A DNA stretch of 64,000 nt. Origin: an uncultured bacterium. Lineage in GTDB: Bacteria; Chloroflexota; UBA5177; JANWHV01. Numbering within the stretch: position 1 is the stretch's first letter; each line of letters opens with the position of its first letter. Below, in pieces: positions 30,700-41,358 of the stretch. Position numbers and translations under genes: made by a program. The stretch is from positions 128,001 through 192,000 of the forward strand of contig CAWHAE010000010.1 in the NCBI GenBank assembly GCA_963827235.1, read 5' to 3'. The notes below the pieces were generated by a model. It was not told where the DNA came from. It was given only the letters and a program-made list of their open reading frames with translations, and did no database searches.

Positions 30700-31000
30700 C
30701 CCCCAACAGGAGCGAGAAGGCACCGTGCCGCAGCTGCAAGGTCATGCGGCTCCATGCATGGCTACTCGTCGAGACGCAGCGCACTGGGAGGCGCCAAGAA
30801 CGGTGTCTGCCAAGGGCGGACGTGACGTCGTACATGATAACGGGGCCGATGGCATGCATGAGTCCGCTTACCTTATACCCCTTTCTGGCGGTATCGTGGT
30901 GTCGTCCCAAGACGTCGGCGCCGGGCAGATCGCCGCTGGCGACCGAGTGCATGAGACCCGAGGGCATATGACCCACGAGGTTGTGACTTGGCTGATCATG
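30700..31000 (-). pseudogene. Decayed APH/homoserine-kinase-II-like phosphotransferase remnant
   Basis: PSGLMH..GDL...VSGL...GP..YDV.SAL pattern; about 120 bp recur near 49360-49480. Confidence 0.3.
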
Positions 31001-31114
31001 TGAGCGTCTGCCAGCCATCGACTGGTGTAGATTGTGAGGGCAGCAGAGTGATCCTACCTAGCGCCATACGCGGCAATGAAACTCGCCAGCGGTATCGGTA
31101 GTCCTGGCCCTCCC

Positions 31115-32023
31115 CTAGACTGCGCTCAGCGCGCCGGCCGTGAGACCCTGGATGAAGTTGCGGCGCTGGAGGATGTAGAAGATCAGCAGCGGCAGCGTGG
31201 AAAGCACCACCACCGTAAGCACCAGCGGCACGTTCATGCCGTATTGTCCCTGGTAGCTCCACACTGCCAGCGGCAAGGTGCGCTCATCATCACTCTGTGT
31301 CAACACAAGTGGCAGCACGAAGTTATTCCAGTTATTGATGAACGTATACACGGCAACCGTGGCCAGGGCGGGACGCGAAAGCGGCAACGCCAGTTGCAGA
31401 TAACGGCGCACGACGCCCGCGCCGTCGATCTGCATGGCATGCTCCAGTTCCTCAGGAATTCCCCGCATGAACGCCGTGAGGATGAAGATGGTGATAGGTA
31501 ATCCCGTGCCCGCGTAGGGCAGGAGCAGGCCCGGCAGCGTGTCGTATAGGTTTGTAGTAGTCGCCTCGAATCGATAGATCGGGATAATGGCGGCGTAGAC
31601 AGGCACGGCCAGGCCGGACACAAACAGCAGGTAGATCACGGCGTTGAGGCGGTGCGGCAGACGAGAGAGCGCGTACGCTGCCAGGGAGCCTAGGAGCAGC
31701 GACAGGAGCACCGCGCCGACGGATGTGACCACCGAGTTCAACAGATAGCGCAGGAGCTGAGTGCTCAGAACCGTATGGTAATTATCGAGCGTGGGGCTAC
31801 TCAAGGACCAGGGGTTGCCAGCCAGGGCATCCGCCTGCGTCTTGAAGGTCTGGATCACGGCGTAGGACACCGGAACAAGGGCCGCGGCAAGCCAGAGTAG
31901 CGTAGCGAGCGCGAGCAAGAGCCCTTCTCCCAGGCGGCGGGAGCCCTCACTATCGGATCGCTTCGCGTGTTGGCGTCCGTCGAGCGCTGCCGGAGCTTGT
32001 CTGTTCGTCGCCATCTCGTTCAT
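31115..32023 (-). CDS. Carbohydrate ABC transporter permease (MalG-like)
   Basis: IPEELEHAMQIDGA EAA loop, WNNF..PL, FIQGLTAGA. Confidence 0.93.
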   Translation of the reverse strand: MNEMATNRQAPAALDGRQHAKRSDSEGSRRLGEGLLLALATLLWLAAALVPVSYAVIQTFKTQADALAGNPWSLSSPTLDNYHTVLSTQLLRYLLNSVVTSVGAVLLSLLLGSLAAYALSRLPHRLNAVIYLLFVSGLAVPVYAAIIPIYRFEATTTNLYDTLPGLLLPYAGTGLPITIFILTAFMRGIPEELEHAMQIDGAGVVRRYLQLALPLSRPALATVAVYTFINNWNNFVLPLVLTQSDDERTLPLAVWSYQGQYGMNVPLVLTVVVLSTLPLLIFYILQRRNFIQGLTAGALSAV

Positions 32024-32939
32024 TCCCCTTGCAGCAGGTGCGAGAATCGCACGATCAACCCGGAGAGAATGAAAGACAGGACGAACAGCAGGACGGCAAT
32101 GGTCGAACCGTAACCCACATTCTGGTCCAGGAATGCTGAGCGGTAGACATACATGGCGAGCGTATAGGACGAGTTGCCGGACCGCCGCCAGTCATCACGT
32201 AGACGAGGTCGAAGTACACGAGCGAGCCCGTCAGAATCAGAACCGACGCGGTAATCACGGTGCGCCGAAGCAGCGGCAGCGTGATCCACCAGAACCGCGC
32301 CCAGCCACTGGCGCCGTCGATTGACGCCGAATCGTACAACTCCGAGGGAATGGCCATGAGACCGGCATTGAAGAGCAGCATGTAGAGCGGGATGTACTGC
32401 CAGAGGATGACGACGGTCACGGCCCAGATGGCCCAGTTGGCGTCACCGAGCATGCCGGGCGCCTGCTGCCCGAAGGCGTTGAAGATGTAGTAGAGCGGGC
32501 CGAACTGTGGATTGTAGAGGAAGCTCCACGTGATGCCGATTGCCACGGAGGACATCAACAGCGGCAGGATGAAGATGCTCGAGAGAGCAGAGCCCAAACG
32601 CCCTAGCCGTTTCACGAGCAGTGCCAACGCCAGGCCGGCCGGAATCTCGACGGCGAAGGAGGCCGCAAGAATGACCAGCGTGTTGCGTAGGGAGCTGAGC
32701 ACGTTGTCGTCGTGGAGCAGCTGCCGCCAGTTGTCGAGCCCGACAAACTTGCTTGCCCCTATCCCGTTCCAGTCGAGCAGCGAATACCACACCGATGTGA
32801 CGACAGGATACAGAGTGTAGAGGCTATAGAGCACAAGCGCCGGCGCCACGAACAGGAAGACAACACCTAACCGCTTCCGAGCGCGGGAGGACAGGATCTC
32901 GGCGCTTTGAGAAAGGGCGGCTCGGGACTGAGAGTTCAT
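32020..32939 (-). CDS. Carbohydrate ABC transporter permease (MalF-like; frameshift near 32175)
   Basis: FVGLDNW, LYDSASIDGAS, ITLPLL, VMTGGG; tail GYGSTIAVLLF in adjacent frame. Confidence 0.9.
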
Positions 32940-32953
32940 GCGACATCCGGTGG

Positions 32954-32986
32954 GCAGGGGCCTGCGGCCGAGGCGCAGACCCCTGC
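32954..32986 (-). terminator. Stem-loop between solute-binding and permease genes
   Basis: gcaggggcctgcg...cgcagacccctgc inverted repeat at a typical mRNA-stabilising position. Confidence 0.55.
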
Positions 32987-33001
32987 TGCTAGGCGATCAA
33001 C

Positions 33002-34351
33002 TCAATGATTGGCGGCGAAGTACGCCGTGGTGTCCGCCTGCATCTGCGAGGCAAACTGCTGCGGGGTGATCGCCAACGCGAACAGCTTGCCCGTGAAATC
33101 CAGAAAGTCGTTGGCCAACTGCGCGGGCAGCAGCTGATCTAGGGCCAGCTGGTAGCTTGGCGCCTTGGCCAGGAGCGACACCTGCGCCTTGACCAGCGGA
33201 TCGGTGACCTTGCTGGTATCCAGGTTCTGCACCGGCGGCACCTCGGCCTGGGAGAGAAGCCAGCTCGCCATCGGTGGGTTCTCGGTGGTCTTCAGGAACT
33301 CGATTGCAGCCGCCTTGTTGCTGCTGGTCGAACTGAGCGAGTAGTAGTTCGCTGGCACGCCGATGATGTCGTTGGCGTTGCCCTTTCCACCCGGCACCGC
33401 GGGCACCGAGACGAAGCCGAGGTTGGGCAGGAACGTGGGCGCGAAGCTGTCGACGTCGCCGATCTCCCACACGCCCATGAACATCATGGCCGCTCGGCCG
33501 TGCCAGAGCAACTGCTCTCCATCGTGCGTGTCCCAGTTGTACGAGGCAAAGCCGTTTTGGAAGGCGTTCTCCTTCACCAGGTTCTGCGCCATCGTAAAGG
33601 CATCGATCCACGGTTTGCTATTGAACGTCGCGCCCGGCTGGCGCAGGGCGATGTCGTCCAGCGCCGCGCTGCCGCCGATGCGGTCGGCCAGGTACTGCAG
33701 CACAATCATTTCAGGCCACTCGGTCTTGCCGTCCACCGCGAACGGAATGATGTTGTGGCTCTTGAGTGTCTTGATCGCCTGCTCGAGCTGCGGCCAGGTG
33801 GTGGGTACCGCGATGTTGTACTGCTTGAAAATCGCCTTGTTGTAGAAAAGGACCTCGGGTGTCGTCGCGTTGTAGGGCACTCCGTAGACATGTCCACCGA
33901 AAGTGACCGGACCCAAGACCGATGGCGTGTAGCGGCTCTTCCAGGCAGGATCGGCGTTCATGGCGCCCGTCAGGTCTTCCACGTCGCCGGCATCGATATA
34001 GCTTTTCAGGATACCGCCGCCCCAGCCCATGAAGATATCCGGGCCCTTGTGCGCGCCCATGACAATAGAGAGCTTAGCCTTGTAGGGATCGTTCTGCATG
34101 AACTGATACTGCACGTTGATGTCGGGGTGAGCCTTGTTGAATGCGGCGGCCTGAGCCTTGAGCTGGGCCTGCACCAGACCGACCTGAATGTCCCACACGG
34201 TAACCGTGACCGGGGCTGCCGAACGCGCGGCGTGCACGCGAGTCGTCACCGGCGAGATGGCGAGGGAACCGATCAGCAGAGCGGCGAGGGCTACGGTGTG
34301 TACCGCGCGCGGCCAGCGCACCGGGAGAAAGCGAGCGGCAGTGCTAGGCAT
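33002..34351 (-). CDS. Sugar ABC transporter solute-binding protein
   Basis: Signal peptide, PDIFMGWGG, YGVPY, LFYNK.IF, AAMMFMGVW. Confidence 0.92.
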   Translation of the reverse strand: MPSTAARFLPVRWPRAVHTVALAALLIGSLAISPVTTRVHAARSAAPVTVTVWDIQVGLVQAQLKAQAAAFNKAHPDINVQYQFMQNDPYKAKLSIVMGAHKGPDIFMGWGGGILKSYIDAGDVEDLTGAMNADPAWKSRYTPSVLGPVTFGGHVYGVPYNATTPEVLFYNKAIFKQYNIAVPTTWPQLEQAIKTLKSHNIIPFAVDGKTEWPEMIVLQYLADRIGGSAALDDIALRQPGATFNSKPWIDAFTMAQNLVKENAFQNGFASYNWDTHDGEQLLWHGRAAMMFMGVWEIGDVDSFAPTFLPNLGFVSVPAVPGGKGNANDIIGVPANYYSLSSTSSNKAAAIEFLKTTENPPMASWLLSQAEVPPVQNLDTSKVTDPLVKAQVSLLAKAPSYQLALDQLLPAQLANDFLDFTGKLFALAITPQQFASQMQADTTAYFAANH

Positions 34352-34492
34352 AGGTACTCCTCCTCCTGACCCAATAAGAGCGTGAAGCGAAATGCGAGTG
34401 TTCGATACGGCGGGACTCGGTACAGGTGCTATTCGATGCCTGTCACCTCCCTACGCCGACGGCTCCACGCCGGCAGCTCTATCGCGTGCCGA

Positions 34493-35551
34493 TCACCGCT
34501 CTGCACGAGGCGGAGCACATGACTCGCGTACGACAAGCTCGGTGGCCAGCTCAACGCGATTGCTCGCCAATGGCTTGCCTTCGATCAGCTGGAGCAGCAT
34601 GGTCGCTGCAAAGGTGCCCATCTCTGCCAGGGGCTGGCGTATGGTGGTCAACGACGGAATGACCCACGATGCAATCTCCACGTCGTCGAAGCCAACCACG
34701 CTCACTTCGGCCGGCACCGAGACGCCCCGATCGTGCAGCGCCTTGAGGGCTGCCACCGCCATGACGTCGTTGGCCGCGAATATGGCCGTCGGCGGCGTGG
34801 GTAGCTCGAGGAGCGCGCAGGTCGCGCGGTAGCCGGACGCGTATTCGAAATCGCCTTCTCGGTAGAGGTCCGGATCGAATGCTGTGCCTGCTGCTTCGAG
34901 CGCATCGCGGTAACCGGACAGTCGCTCACGGCTGCAACCCAGAGCCGGTATGCCGCCGATCATGCCGATACGCCCGTGACCGAGCGAGAGCAGATGTTCC
35001 GTTGCCATGCGACCGCCGGCGAAGTTCGTTGCGCCGACCGAGGGCATGTCCGGACCAAGCTCGCCGCGATGATCGACGACGACAAACGGAATATTGCGCT
35101 GGCGGAGCCGAGCGAAGTGCGCGGCGCGCGCATCGGTAAGCATCAGAATGGCGCCGTCGGTCGAGCCCTCCAGCACCTTGGCCAGCCATTGCCGCTCGCG
35201 CTGTGACTGGCCATGCGTGGCGGAGAGCACCATACGATAGCCCGTCGGCTCCAGGTACTCTTCCACGCCGCGAATGAGCTTCAGGTGGTACGAGTTGTCG
35301 AGCGAGACGTCCACCAGGTCGATGAGGCCGCTACGGCCTCGCCGCAGCGCGGCAGCAGCGCGATTGCGCATGTAGCCGCGCTCGGCCACGAGTTGCCGGA
35401 TGCGCTCGCGCGTGGCCGGTGCCACGTCGGGCCGTCCGTTGAGCACGCGTGAGACGGTCATGGCCGAGACGCCCGCGGCTCTGGCTATCTCCTCGACGGT
35501 GAGGGCTGACTCGCTCGCATCGGACTCGCTCATAGTTGCTGTTGCTCTCAT
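34493..35551 (-). CDS. LacI family transcriptional regulator
   Basis: IARAAGVSAMTVSRVLN, PTAIFAAND, SVVGFDD, LTTIRQP. Confidence 0.95.
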   Translation of the reverse strand: MRATATMSESDASESALTVEEIARAAGVSAMTVSRVLNGRPDVAPATRERIRQLVAERGYMRNRAAAALRRGRSGLIDLVDVSLDNSYHLKLIRGVEEYLEPTGYRMVLSATHGQSQRERQWLAKVLEGSTDGAILMLTDARAAHFARLRQRNIPFVVVDHRGELGPDMPSVGATNFAGGRMATEHLLSLGHGRIGMIGGIPALGCSRERLSGYRDALEAAGTAFDPDLYREGDFEYASGYRATCALLELPTPPTAIFAANDVMAVAALKALHDRGVSVPAEVSVVGFDDVEIASWVIPSLTTIRQPLAEMGTFAATMLLQLIEGKPLASNRVELATELVVRESCAPPRAER

Positions 35552-35573
35552 GCCACAGGTAGTGTTAGCATAC

Positions 35574-35587
35574 CGTTAACGTTAACG
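35574..35587. promoter_or_regulatory. Putative LacI-family operator
   Basis: Perfect palindrome CGTTAACGTTAACG with central CG in the lacI/GH3 divergent gap. Confidence 0.65.
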
Positions 35588-35665
35588 ACCTGCATCAACC
35601 TTACACCGTCGCCGCTTTGAGTGTCAAGGCTTTGCGGCAAATAGAAGTCGGAGGAGATTTGCGCT

Positions 35666-38020
35666 GTGAACCTGCCACGCTACCGCGACCCGGCTGCCTC
35701 GATCGAAGAGCGCGTCGATGATCTGCTGTCCGCCATGACGCTGGATGAGAAGATCGCCCAACTGGCCTGCCTGTGGAGTCCGGCCTTCGTGCGCGAAGGC
35801 TCGTTTGACGCCGATTTCGCCGCCGCGCAGATGCCGCACGGCATCGGCCAGGTGACGCGCATCGGCGCGGCCACTGGTCTCCGCCCGCGCGAGAGCGCCG
35901 CCTTCATGAATGCCATTCAGCGCGTTGCGGTGGAACGCACGCGCCTCGGCATTCCTATCTTCGTGCATGAAGAGTCGACCGGAGGCTACTGCGCGCGCGA
36001 CGCCACAGTCTTCCCGCAGGGACTCGGCCTTGCCGCCACCTGGGACCCCGTCCTCGTCGGTGAGGTTGCCGGCGTGATACGCGAGCAGTTGCGAGCGGTC
36101 GGTGCACGTCTGGCGCTGGCGCCGGTGATGGACGTCGCCCGCGACCCGCGCTGGGGCCGCGTGGAGGAGACCTACGGCGAGGACCCGGTGCTGGCCGGTG
36201 CTCTCGCCGTCGCCTACGTGCGCAGCCTTCAGACAGACGATGTCTCACACGGCGTCATCGCCACGGGCAAGCACTTCCTCGGCTACGCGCTTTCGGAAGG
36301 CGGCAGGAACTGGGCTCCGGTGCAGCTGGGACCGCGCGAGCTGCGCGAGGTCTATGCCGAGCCATTCGCCGCGGCAGTTCGCGATGGCGGCATTGCGGCG
36401 ATGATGAACTCCTATGCCTCTGTCGACGGCATGCCCTGCTGCGCCAGCCGCGCAATCTTCACCGACCTCTTACGGGACGAGTTAGGCTTCGACGGCGGCG
36501 TGGTCTCAGACTACGTGGCCATCCCAGCGCTGCAGTCCTACCACCGCGTGGCCGCCTCGGCCGGCGAGGCGGCACGCCTGGCCTTGACCGCCGGCATCGA
36601 CATGGAGCTGCCGACCCAGGAATGCTACGGTGGTCCACTCAAAGCCGAGGTCGAGGCCGGCCGGCTCTCCGTCGAGCTGGTCGATGTGGCGGTGCGCCGC
36701 GTGTTGCGGCTGAAGTTCCGTCTGGGTCTTTTCGAGCAGCCCTACGTCGACGCCGAGGCCGCTCCCTCCGTCTTCGACACCCTTGCCCAACGCGCGCTGG
36801 CCCGGACCGCGGCGGCTGAATCCGTGGTACTGCTCGCCAACGACGGCGTGCTGCCGCTGGCTCCGACCGTGCGCCGCCTGGCCGTGATCGGGCCGGGCGC
36901 CGACGACCCACGGCTGCTGCAGGGCGACTATCACTATCCGGCCCACGTCGAGATCGTCTGCGACGTACCGCAAGGCCTGATCGACTCGTCGGTGCCGCCG
37001 CGCGCCGGCGGCGACTACGCACCAGGCTCCTACTATACGCCGCACGTCACGCCGCTGGTCGGGCTGAAGGCAGCGCTGGGCGATCAGGCGGAGATTCTGC
37101 ATGCCAGAGGCTGCGATGTGCTGGGTGTCGATCGTTCGGGCTTCGACGAAGCCGTAGCTGCCGCCCGCTCTGCCGAGGTGACCATCGCCGTTGTCGCCGG
37201 CAAGAGCGGTCTGAAACGACCGGCGACGGTTGGCGAGTTCAACGACGCCGCCAATCTCGATCTGACAGGTGTGCAGCAGGAGTTACTGGATGCGCTGGCA
37301 CGCACCGGCACTCCGCTGGTGGTGGTCGTGCTCAGCGGGCGGATCCACACGCTCGCCCGGGTGGCGGCGTGCGCCAACGCGCTGCTCTATCTCTGCCCGC
37401 CCGGGGAGGAAGGCGGTAACGGCCTGAGCGGTGTGCTTACCGGCGCCGTCAATCCCAGTGGCCGGCTCCCGGTCACGCTGCCCCGCAGCGTCGGCCAGGT
37501 GCCGATCTATGCGGGTCACCGCGCCGGCGGCGACCGAGTGATGATGCTGGGCGACTACGTGGACTCCCCCACCACGCCGCTCTTCCCCTTTGGGCATGGT
37601 CTGAGTTACACGTCGTTCTCCTATGCCGACTTCGCCGTACGTCCCGGCAGCACCACCCAACCTACCGAGATTGCCGTAACCGTCCGCAACAGCGGCGCGC
37701 GCGCCGGAACCGAGGTGGTACAGCTTTACGTTCGCGACGAGGTGGCCTCGGTGGCGCGTCCCGACCGCATGTTGATTGGCTTTGCGCGTCTGCCGCTCGA
37801 GCCGGGACAGGCGTGCCGGCTGGCCTTCACGGTCCATCCCTCGCGCCTGGCCTTCTTCGATCCACTGATGCGCTTCGTAGTCGAGCCCGGCGAGTTCACC
37901 TTCAGCGTCGGCGCCTCCGCCACTGATATTCGGGCCATGCACACGGTACCCATCGAGGGCGAGGAAGCGCTGCATCGGCAGCGGGATATTGTGGCCACCA
38001 CCACTCGCGTACTGGAGTAG
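35666..38020 (+). CDS. GH3 beta-xylosidase/beta-glucosidase with Fn3-like domain
   Basis: RDPRWGRVEETYGED, KHF, VVSDY nucleophile, PFGHGLSYT, EVVQLY. Confidence 0.95.
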   Translation: MNLPRYRDPAASIEERVDDLLSAMTLDEKIAQLACLWSPAFVREGSFDADFAAAQMPHGIGQVTRIGAATGLRPRESAAFMNAIQRVAVERTRLGIPIFVHEESTGGYCARDATVFPQGLGLAATWDPVLVGEVAGVIREQLRAVGARLALAPVMDVARDPRWGRVEETYGEDPVLAGALAVAYVRSLQTDDVSHGVIATGKHFLGYALSEGGRNWAPVQLGPRELREVYAEPFAAAVRDGGIAAMMNSYASVDGMPCCASRAIFTDLLRDELGFDGGVVSDYVAIPALQSYHRVAASAGEAARLALTAGIDMELPTQECYGGPLKAEVEAGRLSVELVDVAVRRVLRLKFRLGLFEQPYVDAEAAPSVFDTLAQRALARTAAAESVVLLANDGVLPLAPTVRRLAVIGPGADDPRLLQGDYHYPAHVEIVCDVPQGLIDSSVPPRAGGDYAPGSYYTPHVTPLVGLKAALGDQAEILHARGCDVLGVDRSGFDEAVAAARSAEVTIAVVAGKSGLKRPATVGEFNDAANLDLTGVQQELLDALARTGTPLVVVVLSGRIHTLARVAACANALLYLCPPGEEGGNGLSGVLTGAVNPSGRLPVTLPRSVGQVPIYAGHRAGGDRVMMLGDYVDSPTTPLFPFGHGLSYTSFSYADFAVRPGSTTQPTEIAVTVRNSGARAGTEVVQLYVRDEVASVARPDRMLIGFARLPLEPGQACRLAFTVHPSRLAFFDPLMRFVVEPGEFTFSVGASATDIRAMHTVPIEGEEALHRQRDIVATTTRVLE

Positions 38021-38575
38021 TCTCGACCACAATTCAGGGTCGGAGTACTTTGGCAGAATGCTGTCGTCTGGATCGCAGGCTACACTCCGGGACTGTGAAA
38101 CCTAGGTGTAGCAGCACAGCCAATCCCTGACTTACGGCGCATGATGAAGCCGCCTACAAGGCAACCGTGGCGCACATGCCAGACACGAAGCCTCAAGCGA
38201 GGGCAGATGAGCCACGCGGCAGCGGCACAGAGCAGACAGTCGTCAGAATGATCGACTTTCGCTCCTCGCATGCGCGTGTTTCGCACGCAGCCAAGTGGCG
38301 GCCCGGGCACCTGCAAGCACTGGCCCGACTAGCAGGCTGATGCATAGAGATACAGCTGCCGGCCTGAGCCTCAAAGCGCCTGCTCGAGTAAGAAGGAGCG
38401 CTGCTGGCGGAATAGCAGCCAGGACCAGCAGCGATGGTCCACGCCGGGCACGGCCTCACGCCAATTCGAAAGCTTGACAACCGGCGTGCGCTCTGCCATA
38501 CAGACTAAAGGACTGACTACGCCTCTGGCGATACCCTCAGAATGTACCGATGCAACCAAGTAAGGTGGGGAAAGC

Positions 38576-39232
38576 ATGGATACCGCAGAGCGTATTGATC
38601 CGAAGAAGACGGTCTTGCTCGTTATCGACATGGAGAACGACTTCGTAGCACCCGGAGCACCATTTGAGGTACCAGCCGGGCGGGCCATGCTGCCCACCCT
38701 CACACGGGTCCTCGCCTGCTGCCGTGAGCGGGGCATTCGGGTCATCTACACGACCCATGCCCATCGGCGCGACGGGTCTGATATGGGCCTGCTCGCGCGC
38801 AACCCGCAGATCGCGCGAGGAGAGGCGCTGGCCGATGGTGAGCATGGCGTCGCGATCTATCCCGCAATTGCGCCCCAGGACCATGAGATCGTGATCAAGA
38901 AGCACCGCTATAGCGCTTTCTGTGGCACCGATTTGGATATGGTCCTGCGTGGTCTGGGGGTGAGGACGGTGGTGATTACGGGTGTCACCACGGAGAACTG
39001 TTGCCATGCCACCGCTCGCGATGCCTTCTTCCACAACTATGAGGTGGTGGTCCTCTCTGACGCCACGGCGACCGACGACTACCCAGACCTCGGCCAGGGG
39101 GCGATGTCCGCCGCCGAGGTCCATCGGGCCAGCTTGGTCATCCTCGCTGGGTCGACAGCCGACGTCATGACAGCAGACATGTTCATGAGCAGCATCGCCA
39201 CGACAGAACCTGATCCAGCCCTCGAAGGTTGA
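38576..39232 (+). CDS. Isochorismatase-family cysteine hydrolase
   Basis: LLVIDMENDF, KHRYSAF, GVTTENCC..TARDA. Confidence 0.92.
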   Translation: MDTAERIDPKKTVLLVIDMENDFVAPGAPFEVPAGRAMLPTLTRVLACCRERGIRVIYTTHAHRRDGSDMGLLARNPQIARGEALADGEHGVAIYPAIAPQDHEIVIKKHRYSAFCGTDLDMVLRGLGVRTVVITGVTTENCCHATARDAFFHNYEVVVLSDATATDDYPDLGQGAMSAAEVHRASLVILAGSTADVMTADMFMSSIATTEPDPALEG

Positions 39233-39670
39233 TCGGCCGGCGGGCGACGAGTGCGTGGAGGTTTGTTCTCCTGAGGAAGCCTGCTCCCTGACGAGTGCAA
39301 CATGTTCGAGCCCAAGCCATGTGCTCCGTGAGCAGGGTGCTGGCACCTAACCACGCTCGCACGCACTTTGGCGCGCCGGTGCCGGCGCGGCGTGGTCAAT
39401 TCAGGCAGATCACGGCAGTGTCATCGCTTGCCTTCCGCGCTTTTCCGGACCTGCCGCCTGTAGTCATGCTGTGCTGCCGGCACCTTCAGCGCAGAGTGTG
39501 ATAGCAACACAGCTATGCGATCTGGTAGAGTACAACCCGTTGGACGACCTGACCATGAGGCCGACCGTACATCCTCAGATCAACGTGCTGCGCGACGCCG
39601 GCGAAGGTGCCGGACGCACGTCGTTGGCCCGTGCGGTGCTTCGCCATCTCGAGGGAAGGACGTGCCCTGT

Positions 39671-40621
39671 ATGCCAACCCTGCGCCTTGACCACTTCATC
39701 ACGTTTACGGACGCTGCCGTCCTCGAGGACCATACCGCAAAGTACCGCGCCGCCGGCTTCAACGTACTGGAGCGGACGGCGCGCCATGCCGGTGGGCTGC
39801 GCACCGGCTTTGTCGCTTTCTGGCCCGAGTATATGGAGTTCGCCTGGGTTGAAGACCAGGAGCTCTTCGCGCAGGCGGATGGCAACTACCATCAGTGGCG
39901 GGCCGCCCTGCGGCCGTGGGGCATCGGCCTGGCCACGGACGACGTGCGGGGGCTGCACGACGAGTGGACCGCGCGCGGCTGCGACGTACCGGCTGTGGAG
40001 TCGACCATTCCGCGCGACGCCCCCGCCGATACGCCGCCGGTGTACAGCTTCCAGGAAGTGCCGGCCGATCTGCTGCCCGGCGCCCATTGCTTTGCCCTCA
40101 CATATCACCATCCCAGCATTGCCGCGGCGTCACGCAAGATCCGTCCTGGTTCGAACACCACCTATGCCATCGCCGGCGTGACCTTCGTCTGTGCCGCACC
40201 AGACGTCGACGCGGCGCGGTGGCGGGATCTCCTCGCCCCTGACGCTGCAGTGCGCCACGTGCAAGACGGGCGGGAGGTGGCCATTGGCCCGCATCTGGTC
40301 CAGTGGTGCACGCCCGATGGATACCGCGCACGCTATGGGCGCACCTGGCCTGGCTCACCGCACGAGTGGGGCAAGCTCGCCGTCCTGCACCTGTTGGCCA
40401 CTGATCTTGAGCTGGCGCGCCGCTCCCTTCAGGGAGCGGGCAGGCACGTCGCGCAGATCCGAATCAGCCAGCCTGACCGGGACGCGCTCCTCGTGTCACC
40501 GGATGAGCACGACGGCTTCGTGTTCGCCATCGAGGAGCGCCCGCTTGACGACTGGATCCGCGAACGCAACATGCTCACTGGGGAAACCCTGGTGCCTGAT
40601 GCAGGCGAGGCTCAGACCTGA
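39671..40621 (+). CDS. VOC/glyoxalase-like protein
   Basis: LRLDHF, H.GG..T, EYMEF pattern of Glyoxalase_3-type domains; RBS upstream. Confidence 0.65.
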   Translation: MPTLRLDHFITFTDAAVLEDHTAKYRAAGFNVLERTARHAGGLRTGFVAFWPEYMEFAWVEDQELFAQADGNYHQWRAALRPWGIGLATDDVRGLHDEWTARGCDVPAVESTIPRDAPADTPPVYSFQEVPADLLPGAHCFALTYHHPSIAAASRKIRPGSNTTYAIAGVTFVCAAPDVDAARWRDLLAPDAAVRHVQDGREVAIGPHLVQWCTPDGYRARYGRTWPGSPHEWGKLAVLHLLATDLELARRSLQGAGRHVAQIRISQPDRDALLVSPDEHDGFVFAIEERPLDDWIRERNMLTGETLVPDAGEAQT

Positions 40622-40645
40622 CCCCGCCCACTGCGGAGGTGCGTC

Positions 40646-40690
40646 TTGAAGCTCCTGATCCTTGGCGGCACGGCGCATCTCGGCCGTCAC
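40646..40690 (+). pseudogene. N-terminal stub of an NAD-dependent epimerase
   Basis: RBS GGAGG then (M)KLLILGGTAHLGRH; compare MKLLILGGTVFVGRH at 55625. Confidence 0.6.
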
Positions 40691-40769
40691 AATGTGGCAA
40701 CGAAAAGCACGTAAAGCAGCCACCTTGGCATACCAGCATGCATGGATGCGGTGCGGGTCGGCGCTCAGG

Positions 40770-41000
40770 CCTAGCGGCGGCATGGCGTCAATCGCGCCCG
40801 TCAGGTCCGTATCGGCGGTGCCGACGTGGAGGCGGGGGCGCGGATAGCGCTCGCCGGTGATGGGGTGCACCCAGGTGGCGATGATCTCCCCCTCCGGGCA
40901 CGCTTGGGCGGCCTCGACCGCCGACCGGAGCACTCGATGGGGCGCATCCGGCCAACCCACCGAGAAGGCTTCGGTGTAGACGGTGTTCTCTGCCGTGCGG
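40770..41000 (-). pseudogene. C-terminal fragment of a nitronate monooxygenase-like protein
   Basis: TVYTEAFSVGWPDAPHRVLR...TGAIDAM. Confidence 0.55.
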
Positions 41001-41274
41001 AAGCACACGCGGCCACGGTGCCCAGGAACACGGTCCAATGGCACGTCGCGCATGTGCTTGACAGTGCTGGCACCTGGATGCTCACCAACGGTCTAGCGGA
41101 CTCGACGCTATTGGCCTGCCGGCGCTCTAGCTGCTGTCTCCGCGAACCAGCCAGAGCCCGGAAGATCGACATGCGCCCATTGCAGATGCCGTCTTCGTCG
41201 GTCGGCTAGCCGTCCGCAGCGTCCACGAGTCATTGCCCAGTACAGCTGCATGCTGCATGCCGATACACTGCCGC

Positions 41275-41358
41275 TCCCGCTGAGCCCGCGCGCGCTCAGT
41301 CCTGCCCGCTCCGCCAACTCTTCCTGCGTCAACCCGGCCAAGGTGCGGAAGCGGCGCC
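41275..41358 (-). pseudogene. XRE-HTH stub
   Basis: RRFRTLAGLTQEELAERAGLSARGLS immediately after the stop of the upstream regulator. Confidence 0.65.
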
